Positions 39,434 to 48,975 are shown, numbered from the stretch's first letter. The stretch is DNA of 64,000 bases from Thermoleophilia bacterium (GCA_041393415.1 JAWKKE010000009.1:2571-66570); one strand, 5' to 3'. Numbers and translations are program-made. The notes: generated by a model from the sequence alone, not told the origin.

Positions 39434-41477
39434 CGGGGATCGACACTCCTTTCGCCAGCAGGGCGTGCGCGTGTGCGTAGACGTTGTCGGCAGTGAAGCC
39501 GAACTGTTCGAAGAGGGTACCTGCGGGAGCCGAGGCGCCAAAGCGGTCGAGGCCGATGACATCACCGTCGAGGCCCACCCAGCGCTCCCAGCCGAAGGTG
39601 GCGGCCGCCTCGACCGCCAACCGGCGGCGGCAGGCGGCCGGCAGCACACTCTCGCGGTAGGCCGGGTCTTGATCCTGGAAGAGGCGCCAGGAGGCGAGAT
39701 TGACGACGCGCGAGCGCACGCCGTCGGCCGCGAGCCTCTCGTGGGCGTCCAGCGCGAGCTGCACTTCGCTGCCGCTGGCGAGCAGGATGACGTCGGGCAC
39801 GGCGCCGTCGCCGGAGTCGGCCAGCACGTAGCCGCCGCGGGCCACGCCGCTCGCAGCACCGTAGCGGGCGCGATCGATCACCGGCAGAGCCTGACGGGTG
39901 AGGATGAGCGCCACTGGGCCGTCTGACTTGGCGAGCGCGACCCTCCAAGCCTCGACCGTCTCGTTGGCGTCGGCCGGGCGCAACTCCGTCCAGCCCGGCG
40001 TTGACCGCAGTATCGCCAGGTGCTCAACCGGCTGGTGTGTCGGCCCGTCCTCGCCGAGCCCGATGCTGTCATGGGTGAGCACGTAAACAACCGGCTGCCC
40101 CATGAGCGCCGCCAGGCGCATCGACGGCCGCATGTAGTCGGCGAAGACGAAGAAGGTGGCGATGTACGGGCGTACACCGCCGTGCAACGCCATGCCGTTG
40201 GCGATCGCCGCCATACCGTGCTCGCGGACGCCGAAATGCAGGTTGCGGCCGACCGGCGTTTCGACCTGCTGCGCCGGCTCGCCCTTGATCCAGGTGTTGT
40301 TGGAGGGAGCGAGGTCGGCCGAGCCTCCCATCAGTGTGGGCAGGCAGGATGCCACGGCGTTGATGACCTGCCCCGAGGCAGCGCGTGTGGCGGGACCTTT
40401 GGCTTGAGCCTCGAAGACCGGCAAGTCGGCATCCCAGCCGTCTGGCAGCGCCCGCGTCCAGGCCGCATCCCACGCAGCCGCGCGGGCGCTGTCGACGTCG
40501 CGCCACGCTGCCAACTTCTGGCTCCAAGCAGCGTGCGCGGCGGCCCCGCGATCGCCGGCCGCCGCATACACAGCCCGCACGTCCGCGTCGACACAGAACG
40601 ACGGCTCGAGCGGGCAACCGAGGTTCTGCTTCGCCAGAGCCAGCTCTTCGCTGCCGAGCGGCTCGCCGTGCGCCTTGGACGTGTCTTGGCGATTGGGCGC
40701 ACCGAAGCCGATGTGCGTGCGCAGCGCGAGCAACGACGGCCGCTCGCACTCCGCCTTGGCGGCCTCGAGCGCCGCGTCGACGGCGGCGACATCGTTGCCG
40801 TCTGCGACGCGGAGCGTATGCCAGCCGTAGGCGGCAAAGCGCGCCACGACATCCTCGGTGAACGCCAGATCGGTGTCGCCGTCGATCGTGATGTGATTAT
40901 CATCGTAGAGAACGATCAGCTTGCCGAGTCCCTGGTGACCGGCAAAAGAGGCCGCCTCGGCCGACACGCCCTCCATGAGATCGCCGTCGCCGACAAGCAC
41001 GTACGTGAAGTGGTCCTGCACCGACGGACCGTCGCCGTTGAACGTCGCCGCCAGGAAACGCTCGGCCAGCGCCATCCCGACGGCGGTGGCAATCCCCTGC
41101 CCGAGTGGGCCAGTCGTCACTTCAACGCCCGGTGTGTGCCCGTACTCAGGGTGACCCGGCGTCTTGCTGCCCCATTGACGAAAGGCGCTCAGATCGTCGA
41201 CGCTGAGGTCGTAGCCGGTGAGGTGCAGCAACGAGTAGAGAAGCGCGCTGCCGTGCCCGGCGGAGAGCACGAAGCGGTCACGATCGGGCCAGGCGGGATC
41301 GTGCGGATCGAAGCGCAGATGCCGCGTGAACAGCGTGTAGGCCATCGCCGCAGCGCCCATCGGCAGGCCCGGATGTCCGGAGTTGGCCTGCTGCACGGCG
41401 TCGGCGGAGAGAAAGCGCAGCGTGTTGATACAGCGTTGCTCGAGACTCACATCGAGCGCGCCGGTGGGGTCGCTCAT
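39420..41477 (-). CDS. tkt: Transketolase
   Basis: Contains [21 protein letters not shown] (TPP motif), and [17 protein letters not shown]. Confidence 0.9.
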   Translation of the reverse strand: MSDPTGALDVSLEQRCINTLRFLSADAVQQANSGHPGLPMGAAAMAYTLFTRHLRFDPHDPAWPDRDRFVLSAGHGSALLYSLLHLTGYDLSVDDLSAFRQWGSKTPGHPEYGHTPGVEVTTGPLGQGIATAVGMALAERFLAATFNGDGPSVQDHFTYVLVGDGDLMEGVSAEAASFAGHQGLGKLIVLYDDNHITIDGDTDLAFTEDVVARFAAYGWHTLRVADGNDVAAVDAALEAAKAECERPSLLALRTHIGFGAPNRQDTSKAHGEPLGSEELALAKQNLGCPLEPSFCVDADVRAVYAAAGDRGAAAHAAWSQKLAAWRDVDSARAAAWDAAWTRALPDGWDADLPVFEAQAKGPATRAASGQVINAVASCLPTLMGGSADLAPSNNTWIKGEPAQQVETPVGRNLHFGVREHGMAAIANGMALHGGVRPYIATFFVFADYMRPSMRLAALMGQPVVYVLTHDSIGLGEDGPTHQPVEHLAILRSTPGWTELRPADANETVEAWRVALAKSDGPVALILTRQALPVIDRARYGAASGVARGGYVLADSGDGAVPDVILLASGSEVQLALDAHERLAADGVRSRVVNLASWRLFQDQDPAYRESVLPAACRRRLAVEAAATFGWERWVGLDGDVIGLDRFGASAPAGTLFEQFGFTADNVYAHAHALLAKGVSIPDARL

Positions 41478-41561
41478 GCCACCTTCCTTGCGTGATCGTG
41501 GGGTGTCGCGTTAGTCAATGCCCTTCGCCGCCGTTTGACAAGGTTCGGCGCGGGCGCGATC

Positions 41562-41942
41562 TCAGTAGTCGCCCTCGGCGGGCACAATGCAGATGAACGA
41601 GAGCGGAGCGTCGGGCGCAGCGCGAAACTGATGCTCATGGTCGGAGGGCACGTAAGCGTACGACCCCGGGGAAAGAGGATACACCTCGCCGTCGAGCAGC
41701 AGCTCGCCACTCCCCGAAGCGACGAAGTTGATGTGTGGCCATGGATGGCCGTGGCGCGGCGTATGGCCCCCCGGTCCCACATCGAAGAGCCGCATCACCC
41801 ACCCATCCCACCCCTCTTCGGGTGAGACGAGCACGCGCTTGACGACGTCGACGATGCCCTCACCGATCATCTCGACGGCCGGCACCTCGTCCTTGGCGCC
41901 TACCACCCAACGGTCTTCGCCCTGCGTGCCGGCCATGTGCAC
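41562..41942 (-). CDS. Cupin-domain protein
   Basis: GGHTPRHGHPWPHINFVASGSGELLLDGEVYPLSPGSYAYVPSDHEHQF is the two-motif cupin signature. Confidence 0.7.
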   Translation of the reverse strand: MHMAGTQGEDRWVVGAKDEVPAVEMIGEGIVDVVKRVLVSPEEGWDGWVMRLFDVGPGGHTPRHGHPWPHINFVASGSGELLLDGEVYPLSPGSYAYVPSDHEHQFRAAPDAPLSFICIVPAEGDY

Positions 41943-42181
41943 CTCATTCTCTCGACGTTGCCCGCATCACCGGGCCCTCACACCGCCGAATCCTACCGCA
42001 GCGACCATCGGTTCGGCGGCAAGCAAGCTGCTCGTACGTCCACTCGCTCGACGACAGATGACCCTGGCTCAAACACCTCACGCGGGGTAGAGTCCAAGAG
42101 TCGGGTCGCATTACGGCCCGATCCAGGGTGCGCGCTACGGGGAGCCGCCAGGGGAGCGCTCCGCGAGCAGGGGGGGGAACC

Positions 42182-45100
42182 ATGCGTCGCTTGTACGTTC
42201 ACGCAGGTCTGCGGACTATCGTGCTCACACTACTTACAGTGGTCACCGTCGCCATGATGGCGCCGCCGGGCGCGGCGGCCGAAACGACGCCCAATGCGTC
42301 CGGCCGCTACGACACCCTTGTCTTGCGCGACCTCGGCGGCAAGCAGGCGGCGCTCGTGCAACTCCTCGCCGACGGCACCAGCTTCACCCAGCGCGAGCTC
42401 TGGCGCAGCAAGAAGGGCGCGTTCGACGTGCGCAAGGCGACGTTTGTCGCCGCCGACGTCAACGGCGACGGCATCGCCGACGGCGTCGTGCTCTACGACC
42501 TCGGCCGCAGCCGCTCGCGCCTCCTCATCTACGAGAACAACGGCTACACCGCCAAGCAGCGCACGGGATGGACTTCACGCGCGGGCGCCTTCGCGCGCAC
42601 AAACGCCAAGCTCGCCGTCAGCGATCTCGACCGCGACGGGCGCGACGACCTCCTCGCCCTCTACAAGACCGGTACTGGCGTCGCCCTCTACCGCTTCATC
42701 TCCAAGGGCACGAAATTCACGCAGTCGCTCGGCTACTCCACGCGCAGCGGGCTCACCTGGACGAAGGCTCAACTCGCCGCCGGCGACGTTACCGGCGACG
42801 GTCGCGGCGACGGTGTCGTGCTCTACGCCAAGAGCAGTTCGCGCGCGCAACTCTTCGTCTTCTCGGGCACAGGCACAAAGCTCACCAAGAAGACATACTG
42901 GAGCGGCACCTACGTGGCGAGCCGCGCGCGGCTCGCCGTCGGCGACGCCGACAGCGACGGCCGCGCGGACGTCGTCTGCCTGTATCGGCCCGGTGGAAGC
43001 AGCAGGCTCGATGTCTTCCGCTCTAAAGGCAAGAGCTTCGCCGCGCCGCGCACGTGGTACCAGAACGGCTCGACGCCGGTGCCGGTCACCAGCCGTTTCT
43101 GCATCGGCGACGACCGGCGCGACGGCCGCGACGTCGCACCGCGGCCGCCACCGGCTCACGCACCTGCTTCATCACCTGGAGTTCGACCGGCACGGCCTTC
43201 GCCGCAGTCAGGCTTTCCACGGCCGCGTGGGCCGTACGCAAAGGTCAGCCTCGGTGTGGCCCCAGCGGCCGGTCTCGTCGTCGCCGACGGGACCGAGCCG
43301 CTCTCCAACACCACGATGCGCAGTCTGCGCGCGGTGGAAGCCGACGGCACATTGGAGTTCGCCAGCAAGACCGGGCAGCTCGCCCGGCTCGAGACCGGCA
43401 ACGTGCTCCTCTCGGGCGCCACGCCGCAGTTCCCCGACGGCCTCTGCCGCAAAGTCACGTCCGTGAGCGAACAGGGCGGCCGAGTGGTCGTCGAGACCAC
43501 CCCCGCCGCCCTCAGTGACGTCATCGACCAGGGCGAGATCGCCTTCCAGATGAACCTCACCGCCGCCGACCTCCCAGACGACGGCATCGCCGCCCCCGGC
43601 GTAAAGCTCATCCGCGACCGCGCGGCGCCCAAGTTCCCCTCCACGCCCCTCGGCAGCGCCACCGACGGGTTCGGCTTCTCGCTCACGACCACCATCCTCG
43701 GCTTCGCTGAGGCCGAGGGCGAGATATGGCTCGATCCCGACGCCTACTGCGACTGGGAGATCGGCTGGGGCGGCCTGGAGAGCGCCTACTACCGTCAGGT
43801 CCTCAACACGACGACCGACCTCACGGTCAGCATGAAGAAGGACTACACCGGCACCAAAGAGATCACCCTGTACAAACGAACGCTCACGGCGATCACCATC
43901 ATGGCGGGGCCGGTGCCGGTGGTGATCACACCCGAGCTCGAAGTGAAGGTCGGCGTCGAAGGCGAGATCGTTGCCGGAGTGACAGCGGGAATGACGCTGG
44001 GCACGTCGACATGGGCCGAGGTGAGCTACGACGACGGTTGGGGCCTCGACTACGGCTCCACGTATGACTGCACGCCGCAACCGCCGCAGCTTTTCGGCGG
44101 GCTGGAGGTAACCGGCTTCACGAGCGGCGGCCTTGCCTTCGAGCTCTACGGCGTCGCCGGCCCGGAGGCCGCGCTCAAGCCGTATGTGAAGCTCGAGGCG
44201 GCCACCAACGCCGATCCATGGTGGCAGCTCAAAGCCGGGCTGGACGGCGAGATCGGCATGAAGGCCGAGCTCCTCGACCACGAGATCGCCAGCAAGGAGT
44301 ACACGTTCAACTTCTTCGAGTATGTCCTCGACCAAGCCGGCTCGGACTCGTCCGGCGGCGGCTCGAGCGGCTACGAGATGCCGAGCGTCCGCGGCAAGAT
44401 CCTCGACGCCAGCAGCGGCCAGGTCGTGCGGTCGGCATCGGTGGAGATCTCGCAGGGAGACACGACGCTCCGCCAGACGAGCTCGGCCGCCGACGGCACG
44501 TACGTCTTCTCTGGGCTCGCCCCGGGCACGTACACCGTCACCGCCGGCAAGAACGGCTACGCCGACAACACGCGCTCGGTGACCGTGGTCAGCGGGCAGA
44601 CTACCCTCAACCAAGACGTGCAGCTCACCAGGTTGCAGTTCCAGGGCGTCAAGGGATACGTCCTCACCGACGCCGGCCACTCCCCCATCTTCCAGGCGCA
44701 GGTTGAACTCTACGAGCCCGACGACCGCAGCTACTCTGGCTGGTGGCACCTCGGAACCGTCTCCACCTTGTCGGACGGCTCCTACGAGTTCACGGGCCTC
44801 TCTCCGGGCACCTACCGCCTAGTCGCCAAGCACCCCTACTACTACTCCGAGAGCCTCGAGGTGACCATCAGCGGTGGTCAGCTGGCCGAGAACAAGAACC
44901 TCTACCTCGTCCACTACAGCAACCAGGGCGTGCACGGACGGGTAATCGACAGCCTCAACGGACTTCCCGTGAGCGGCGCCAGAGTCGTCGTCTTCGAGGG
45001 CGGCGGCGAGGGCGGCTACTTCGAAAGCGAAACCACAACCAGCGGCGACGGCTCGTTCTTCGTCGACGCGCTCGACAACGAGGGTCTCGCGGTCGGCACA

Positions 45101-45889
45101 CACGGACTCATCATCAGCAAGCAGGGCTACGTGGAGTACCGGCGCGACTTCCAGATCTCACGCGGCGCCATCACACAGCTCGGCGACATCAGACTCCAGC
45201 AGGTGGGCGGTCACAGCATGAGATCCGAGAGAGGCAGCAGCATCATCTGGACCGATGGCGCCCCGACGGCGACAGGTCGAGGCACCTACGAGTTCTGGTA
45301 CCGGCCGCTGGCGCTCTTCGGAACGGAGTGGGGCAACCAGATCGCCCAAGTCGCCTGGAGCTACCCCGACTGGCAAGGCACAGGCGCGGCGCAGTACGCC
45401 GCCATGGTGATCAGCGCCCAGGAGGTGCCCGTCGGCGGCTCGTACGCACCGGTGATCTTCTTCCATGTCGTCGAGAACAAGCAGGGCGCGGACCCCAGTG
45501 AACCAGGGACGTATCACACGCTCCAGGGCACCACGCCGCTGACGCTCGGAACCTGGTATCACATCGCCGCCCAGTACGGGCCCAACGGCATGAAGCTCTT
45601 CGTCAACGGCCATCTCGAGGCCTCCAACTCATACGCCGGCGCGCCGGAACCGTTTGCCGGCGCCAGCGGCAGCGCCTGGTTCAGCCTCGGCGAGCACTAC
45701 CTGGATGGCTCAGGACGCCCCCACACCGCCGGCGGCGACTACCGCGGCCTGCGCGTGTCGGAGTGGGACGAGTACGACGGCAACTTCACGCCGTACGACC
45801 TGCCCAGCGCCAACTCGGATACGCTGGTCTACGACGAGCTCGACGGATCGACGAACGGCGTCAACGAGGGCTTCGTGCCGACGCCCTGA
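42182..45889 (+). CDS. Large secreted protein: FG-GAP/VCBS-like repeats, three carboxypeptidase-regulatory-like domains, C-terminal LamG-like domain
   Basis: Start is ATG 42182 (MRRLYVHAGLRTIVLTLLTVVTVAMMAPPGAAA). There are four ~55-aa units with DxxxDGxxD...LY motifs (DVNGDGIADGVVLY, DLDRDGRDDLLALY, DVTGDGRGDGVVLY, DADSDGRADVVCLY). Three units of the pattern GxVxD...DGxYxFxGLxPGTY follow. The C-terminal part contains LTLGTWYHIAAQYGPNGMKLFVNGHLE. Confidence 0.75.
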   Translation: MRRLYVHAGLRTIVLTLLTVVTVAMMAPPGAAAETTPNASGRYDTLVLRDLGGKQAALVQLLADGTSFTQRELWRSKKGAFDVRKATFVAADVNGDGIADGVVLYDLGRSRSRLLIYENNGYTAKQRTGWTSRAGAFARTNAKLAVSDLDRDGRDDLLALYKTGTGVALYRFISKGTKFTQSLGYSTRSGLTWTKAQLAAGDVTGDGRGDGVVLYAKSSSRAQLFVFSGTGTKLTKKTYWSGTYVASRARLAVGDADSDGRADVVCLYRPGGSSRLDVFRSKGKSFAAPRTWYQNGSTPVPVTSRFCIGDDRRDGRDVAPRPPPAHAPASSPGVRPARPSPQSGFPRPRGPYAKVSLGVAPAAGLVVADGTEPLSNTTMRSLRAVEADGTLEFASKTGQLARLETGNVLLSGATPQFPDGLCRKVTSVSEQGGRVVVETTPAALSDVIDQGEIAFQMNLTAADLPDDGIAAPGVKLIRDRAAPKFPSTPLGSATDGFGFSLTTTILGFAEAEGEIWLDPDAYCDWEIGWGGLESAYYRQVLNTTTDLTVSMKKDYTGTKEITLYKRTLTAITIMAGPVPVVITPELEVKVGVEGEIVAGVTAGMTLGTSTWAEVSYDDGWGLDYGSTYDCTPQPPQLFGGLEVTGFTSGGLAFELYGVAGPEAALKPYVKLEAATNADPWWQLKAGLDGEIGMKAELLDHEIASKEYTFNFFEYVLDQAGSDSSGGGSSGYEMPSVRGKILDASSGQVVRSASVEISQGDTTLRQTSSAADGTYVFSGLAPGTYTVTAGKNGYADNTRSVTVVSGQTTLNQDVQLTRLQFQGVKGYVLTDAGHSPIFQAQVELYEPDDRSYSGWWHLGTVSTLSDGSYEFTGLSPGTYRLVAKHPYYYSESLEVTISGGQLAENKNLYLVHYSNQGVHGRVIDSLNGLPVSGARVVVFEGGGEGGYFESETTTSGDGSFFVDALDNEGLAVGTHGLIISKQGYVEYRRDFQISRGAITQLGDIRLQQVGGHSMRSERGSSIIWTDGAPTATGRGTYEFWYRPLALFGTEWGNQIAQVAWSYPDWQGTGAAQYAAMVISAQEVPVGGSYAPVIFFHVVENKQGADPSEPGTYHTLQGTTPLTLGTWYHIAAQYGPNGMKLFVNGHLEASNSYAGAPEPFAGASGSAWFSLGEHYLDGSGRPHTAGGDYRGLRVSEWDEYDGNFTPYDLPSANSDTLVYDELDGSTNGVNEGFVPTP

Positions 45890-45904
45890 CGATAGCGAAC
45901 TGGC

Positions 45905-46435
45905 ATGATGAACACTGATCAGATCGTCATCACTCCGGTCGGTGTCGTGCGTAGCGACCAGAAGGAGCTCGTCTGGAGGCCGGAGTCGGGCGCGCTGTCA
46001 TGGAACGACCGTGTGCGCCGAGAGAGAGCGAGCGCAGAGGCGGTCTCACGAATCGACATCGATCCGGCGCTGGACGGCATCCTCGACGGCATCGACGAGT
46101 ACTCACACCTGGTCGTCCTGTGGTGGCCGGACAGGAATCAAGCAGCGTCCGGCCCGCGAGTGCGCGTGCGGCCGATGGGGCGTCAGGATCTGCCGCTCGT
46201 CGGCGTCTTCGCCACACGCAGTCCGATGCGACCCAACTCCATCCTCGCGACCGTCGTCACGCTCGTGCGGCGTCAAGGCCAGACGCTCGAGGTGAGGGGC
46301 CTCGACGCAGTCGACGGCACCCCCATTCTCGACATCAAGCCGCTGACGCCACACGACTGTCCTCCGGAAGAACGTCGTATACCGGAGTGGCTACAGCGCC
46401 TAGACCGCGAACGGGCAGCAGTAGACGACGAGTAG
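45905..46435 (+). CDS. trmO: TsaA/TrmO (YaeB)-family SAM-dependent methyltransferase
   Basis: Contains ITPVGVVRSD, DEYSHLVVLWW, GVFATRSPMRPNSILATVVTLV and LDAVDGTPILDIKPL. Confidence 0.75.
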   Translation: MMNTDQIVITPVGVVRSDQKELVWRPESGALSWNDRVRRERASAEAVSRIDIDPALDGILDGIDEYSHLVVLWWPDRNQAASGPRVRVRPMGRQDLPLVGVFATRSPMRPNSILATVVTLVRRQGQTLEVRGLDAVDGTPILDIKPLTPHDCPPEERRIPEWLQRLDRERAAVDDE

Positions 46436-46449
46436 AAGATGAGCGAATG

Positions 46450-46490
46450 CGCCGCGGGTGGTGAGGCACGATGCCCCACCGCCCGCGGCG
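46450..46490. terminator. Hairpin between the convergent trmO and peroxiredoxin genes
   Basis: CGCCGCGGG-TGGTG ... CCACC-G-CCCGCGGCG. There is a 9-bp perfect outer stem plus a 4-bp inner stem with one bulge. Confidence 0.45.
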
Positions 46491-46521
46491 TTCCTCACAC
46501 TGCGAAGCCGGGAGACGTGAC

Positions 46522-47130
46522 TTACTCGTCGGCCGGGCTCCACACCTCCCACACGCGACCCACGAGGTCCGGGCCGGGATGAAGCACCTTCTTACCCGGC
46601 TCCCAGCCAGACGGGGTCACCTCGGCGCCCTTGGTGGCGCGCACATGCTGGAATGCCTTGAGCTGACGGATCGTCTCCGCCACCTTGCGGCCCACAGGCG
46701 GTGTAAGAACCTCCATGGCCTGGACCACGCCGTCGGGATCGATGATGAATCGGCCGCGTACATCGACTCCCGCTTGCTCGTCGTACACGCCGAACGCCGT
46801 CCCCAGATGCCCCGCCGAGTCGGCGAGCATCGGGAACGGCACGCCGCCGTCGACCATCTTGGTGAGCTCGTTCTCGTTCCACATCTTGTGGACGAACTGG
46901 GAGTCAACGCTGACTGAGAGCACTTCTGCGTCCAGAGCCTGAAACTCGCTGTACTTCTCGGCGACCGCCGAGATCTCCGTAGGTCAGACGAAGGTGAAGT
47001 CGCCCGGGTAGAAGCACAGGACGACCCAACGCCCGAGCAGATCGGAGAGCTTGACCTGAGTGAAGGCGCCTTTGTGGTACGCAGGGGCGGCGAAGTCCGG
47101 CGCCGGACGACCCACCATGATGCTACTCAC
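46522..47130 (-). CDS. prxU: Peroxiredoxin (AhpC/Prx1 type) with in-frame TGA (46986-46984) at the peroxidatic-Cys codon; predicted selenocysteine
   Basis: Track ORFs 46984..47235 and 46522..46923 are contiguous in one frame: ...[54 protein letters not shown]... The start is GTG 47130, 5 nt after GAAGGAGGAGG, or ATG 47118. A SECIS-like hairpin follows the TGA. Confidence 0.75.
46956..46973 (-). promoter_or_regulatory. Candidate bacterial SECIS hairpin
   Basis: Minus strand reads UGA-CCUACGGAGA-UCUCGGC-GGUC-GCCGAGA. The stem is 7 bp with a GGUC loop starting 17 nt after the UGA. Confidence 0.6.
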
Positions 47131-47238
47131 GCTTGCCTCCTCCTTCACGCGCATCGTCGACTCGCCCTTCGCCGTCGGCTGCGCACCGACGACTGACCCA
47201 GTTGGACGAGCACAACCGATTGCCGGCTCCTCCATGTC

Positions 47239-48159
47239 TCACGCACCTCCTTGGCTTGGCTCGCTTTCATCGGACTCGGAATCAGCATAACAGTCCTCAT
47301 CGGCAGTTCCGCCGACCACAGCGACGACAACGTCGCTGAACGCCTGCGCCGCCGGCAAGTCCGTGCCCGAGAGCACGAACGGGTTGCCGCTGTCGCCTCC
47401 CTCTCCGATGCGCGGATCGAGCGGGATGCGGGCCACAAGCGGGACGTTCATCTCGCGCGCCAGCCTCTCCCCTCCCGGCCCCGGGAAGGCAGTGACCGAC
47501 GAGCCGCAGTGCGGACAGACGAGGTAGCTCATGTTCTCGACGATTCCGAGCACGGGCACCGAGAGCTGCCGGCAGAAGTTGATCGAGCGGCGCACGTCGG
47601 CGAGAGCGACGTCCTGCGGCGTCGTGATGACCAGGGCGCCGTACACGTCGGGCACAAGCTGGAGCACCGAGAGCGGCTCGTCGCCGGTGCCCGGCGGAAG
47701 ATCGATGATGAGGTAGTCGAGCTCGCCCCACTCGGTCTCGCCGAGCAGTCGCATGATCGACGAGTACTTGAGCGGGCCGCGCCAGATCACCGCGTCGTCG
47801 TCGCTACGCAGAAAGTACTTGATCGACATGACGGCGATTCCCTGACCGGCCGACACCGGCAGCATGCCCTCAGCGCCCGGCACAATATGCGCCGACTCGC
47901 ACCCGAGAAGCTGTGGCACACTGGGCCCGTGCAGATCCGCGTCGAGGATGCCGACGCGCAGACCCCGTCGCGCCAGAGCGACGGCGAGGTTGACGGCCAC
48001 CGTGCTCTTGCCCACGCCGCCTTTGCCGGAGAGGACGGCGATCGTACGTCCAATGTGCTCAAACCGGCGCTGTATCAGTTCCTCGCCCGAGGGTTGTTCC
48101 GCCGCGGGCTGAGCTTGAGCTGCGCGGCGATCGTCGTCGCCGGAATGTCGCTCGTTCAA
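47239..48159 (-). CDS. apbC: Mrp/NBP35 (ApbC)-family iron-sulfur cluster carrier ATPase
   Basis: Contains VLSGKGGVGKSTVAVNLAVALA (deviant Walker A), DLPPGTGD, and CPHCG (the cluster-bridging CxxC). TTG start at 48159 is preceded by GGAAGG. Confidence 0.85.
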   Translation of the reverse strand: MNERHSGDDDRRAAQAQPAAEQPSGEELIQRRFEHIGRTIAVLSGKGGVGKSTVAVNLAVALARRGLRVGILDADLHGPSVPQLLGCESAHIVPGAEGMLPVSAGQGIAVMSIKYFLRSDDDAVIWRGPLKYSSIMRLLGETEWGELDYLIIDLPPGTGDEPLSVLQLVPDVYGALVITTPQDVALADVRRSINFCRQLSVPVLGIVENMSYLVCPHCGSSVTAFPGPGGERLAREMNVPLVARIPLDPRIGEGGDSGNPFVLSGTDLPAAQAFSDVVVAVVGGTADEDCYADSESDESEPSQGGA

Positions 48160-48185
48160 TGGATCCTGCCTTCCCGATGAGTTCC

Positions 48186-48209
48186 TGCTACAGTATAGGG
48201 CATATGCCC
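48186..48209 (+). promoter_or_regulatory. Extended -10 (TGcTACAGT) followed by palindrome GGGCATATGCCC spanning the MBL start codon
   Basis: TGCTACAGT lies at 48186-48194. The palindrome lies at 48198-48209, and its central ATG (48204) is the predicted start. Confidence 0.45.
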
Positions 48210-48941
48210 ACTAGTGCCGCAGACGTCACGATCTTGTTCGACAACGAGGCGAGCACCCCCGGCCTTACGGCCCTGTGGGGGTTCGCGGCGCTGATCGAGA
48301 TCGGTGCGTTACGGATTCTGTTCGACACCGGCAGCAACGGCCGCGTGCTCTTGCGGAACATGGCCGCCCTGGGACTCCGGAGCGACGCGCTCGACATGCT
48401 CTTCCTCTCCCACGCCCACTGGGATCACAGCGGCGGCATCGACTCGGTGCTTGAGCTCAACGAACGCATCACCGTCGTACTGCACGACGGGTTCTCCTTG
48501 CACTTCATCGAGGATCTGCGCCGACTCTGCGGCGAGGTGATCGTCGTCGGCGCCGACCCGCAGGAACTGGCGCCCGGCGTCTTCAGCACTGGCAGACTCG
48601 ACGGTCCGCCGGCCGAGCACGGCATGGTGCTCGACGTCGGCGGCATCAGCGCGACCGTCGCTGGCTGTGCCCACCCGGGCGTCGAACGCATCGTGGCGAG
48701 CGGCGGCGCGCTCCTGGGGAGGCCGGTCGACTGGGCGATCGGCGGCTTTCATCTCCTCGCGACGGAACCGCCGGAAGTCGACCGGCGCATTCACAGATTG
48801 CGCGCCCTAGGTGTGACGAACGTGGTGCCGACGCATTGCACCGGTGAGGCGGCCCAGCACGCCTTTCGGGCCGCCTACGGCGAGCACTGCCACACCGGCG
48901 GCGTCGGTCGCCGCTTCGCGCTCGCCGCTCCACAACTCTGA
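48204..48941 (+). CDS. MBL-fold metallo-hydrolase (COG1237-like)
   Basis: Start is ATG 48204 (MPTSAADVTILFDNEA) inside ORF 48159..48941. The SHAHWDHSGG motif (HxHxDH) is present. The N-terminal xITxLxDN pattern is typical of this subfamily. Confidence 0.75.
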   Translation: MPTSAADVTILFDNEASTPGLTALWGFAALIEIGALRILFDTGSNGRVLLRNMAALGLRSDALDMLFLSHAHWDHSGGIDSVLELNERITVVLHDGFSLHFIEDLRRLCGEVIVVGADPQELAPGVFSTGRLDGPPAEHGMVLDVGGISATVAGCAHPGVERIVASGGALLGRPVDWAIGGFHLLATEPPEVDRRIHRLRALGVTNVVPTHCTGEAAQHAFRAAYGEHCHTGGVGRRFALAAPQL

Positions 48942-48975
48942 CCGCAGCCACGTCCTCGTACTCCCCTGTTCGCCC

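Noticed and set aside
46984-46986. The TGA in the peroxiredoxin read as a simple nonsense mutation (pseudogene).
   Set aside because: The stop falls exactly on the catalytic Cys codon. The downstream 150 codons remain intact and in frame. A hairpin with a GGUC loop sits at SECIS distance. Selenocysteine is the better reading, though it is unproven without the sel genes.
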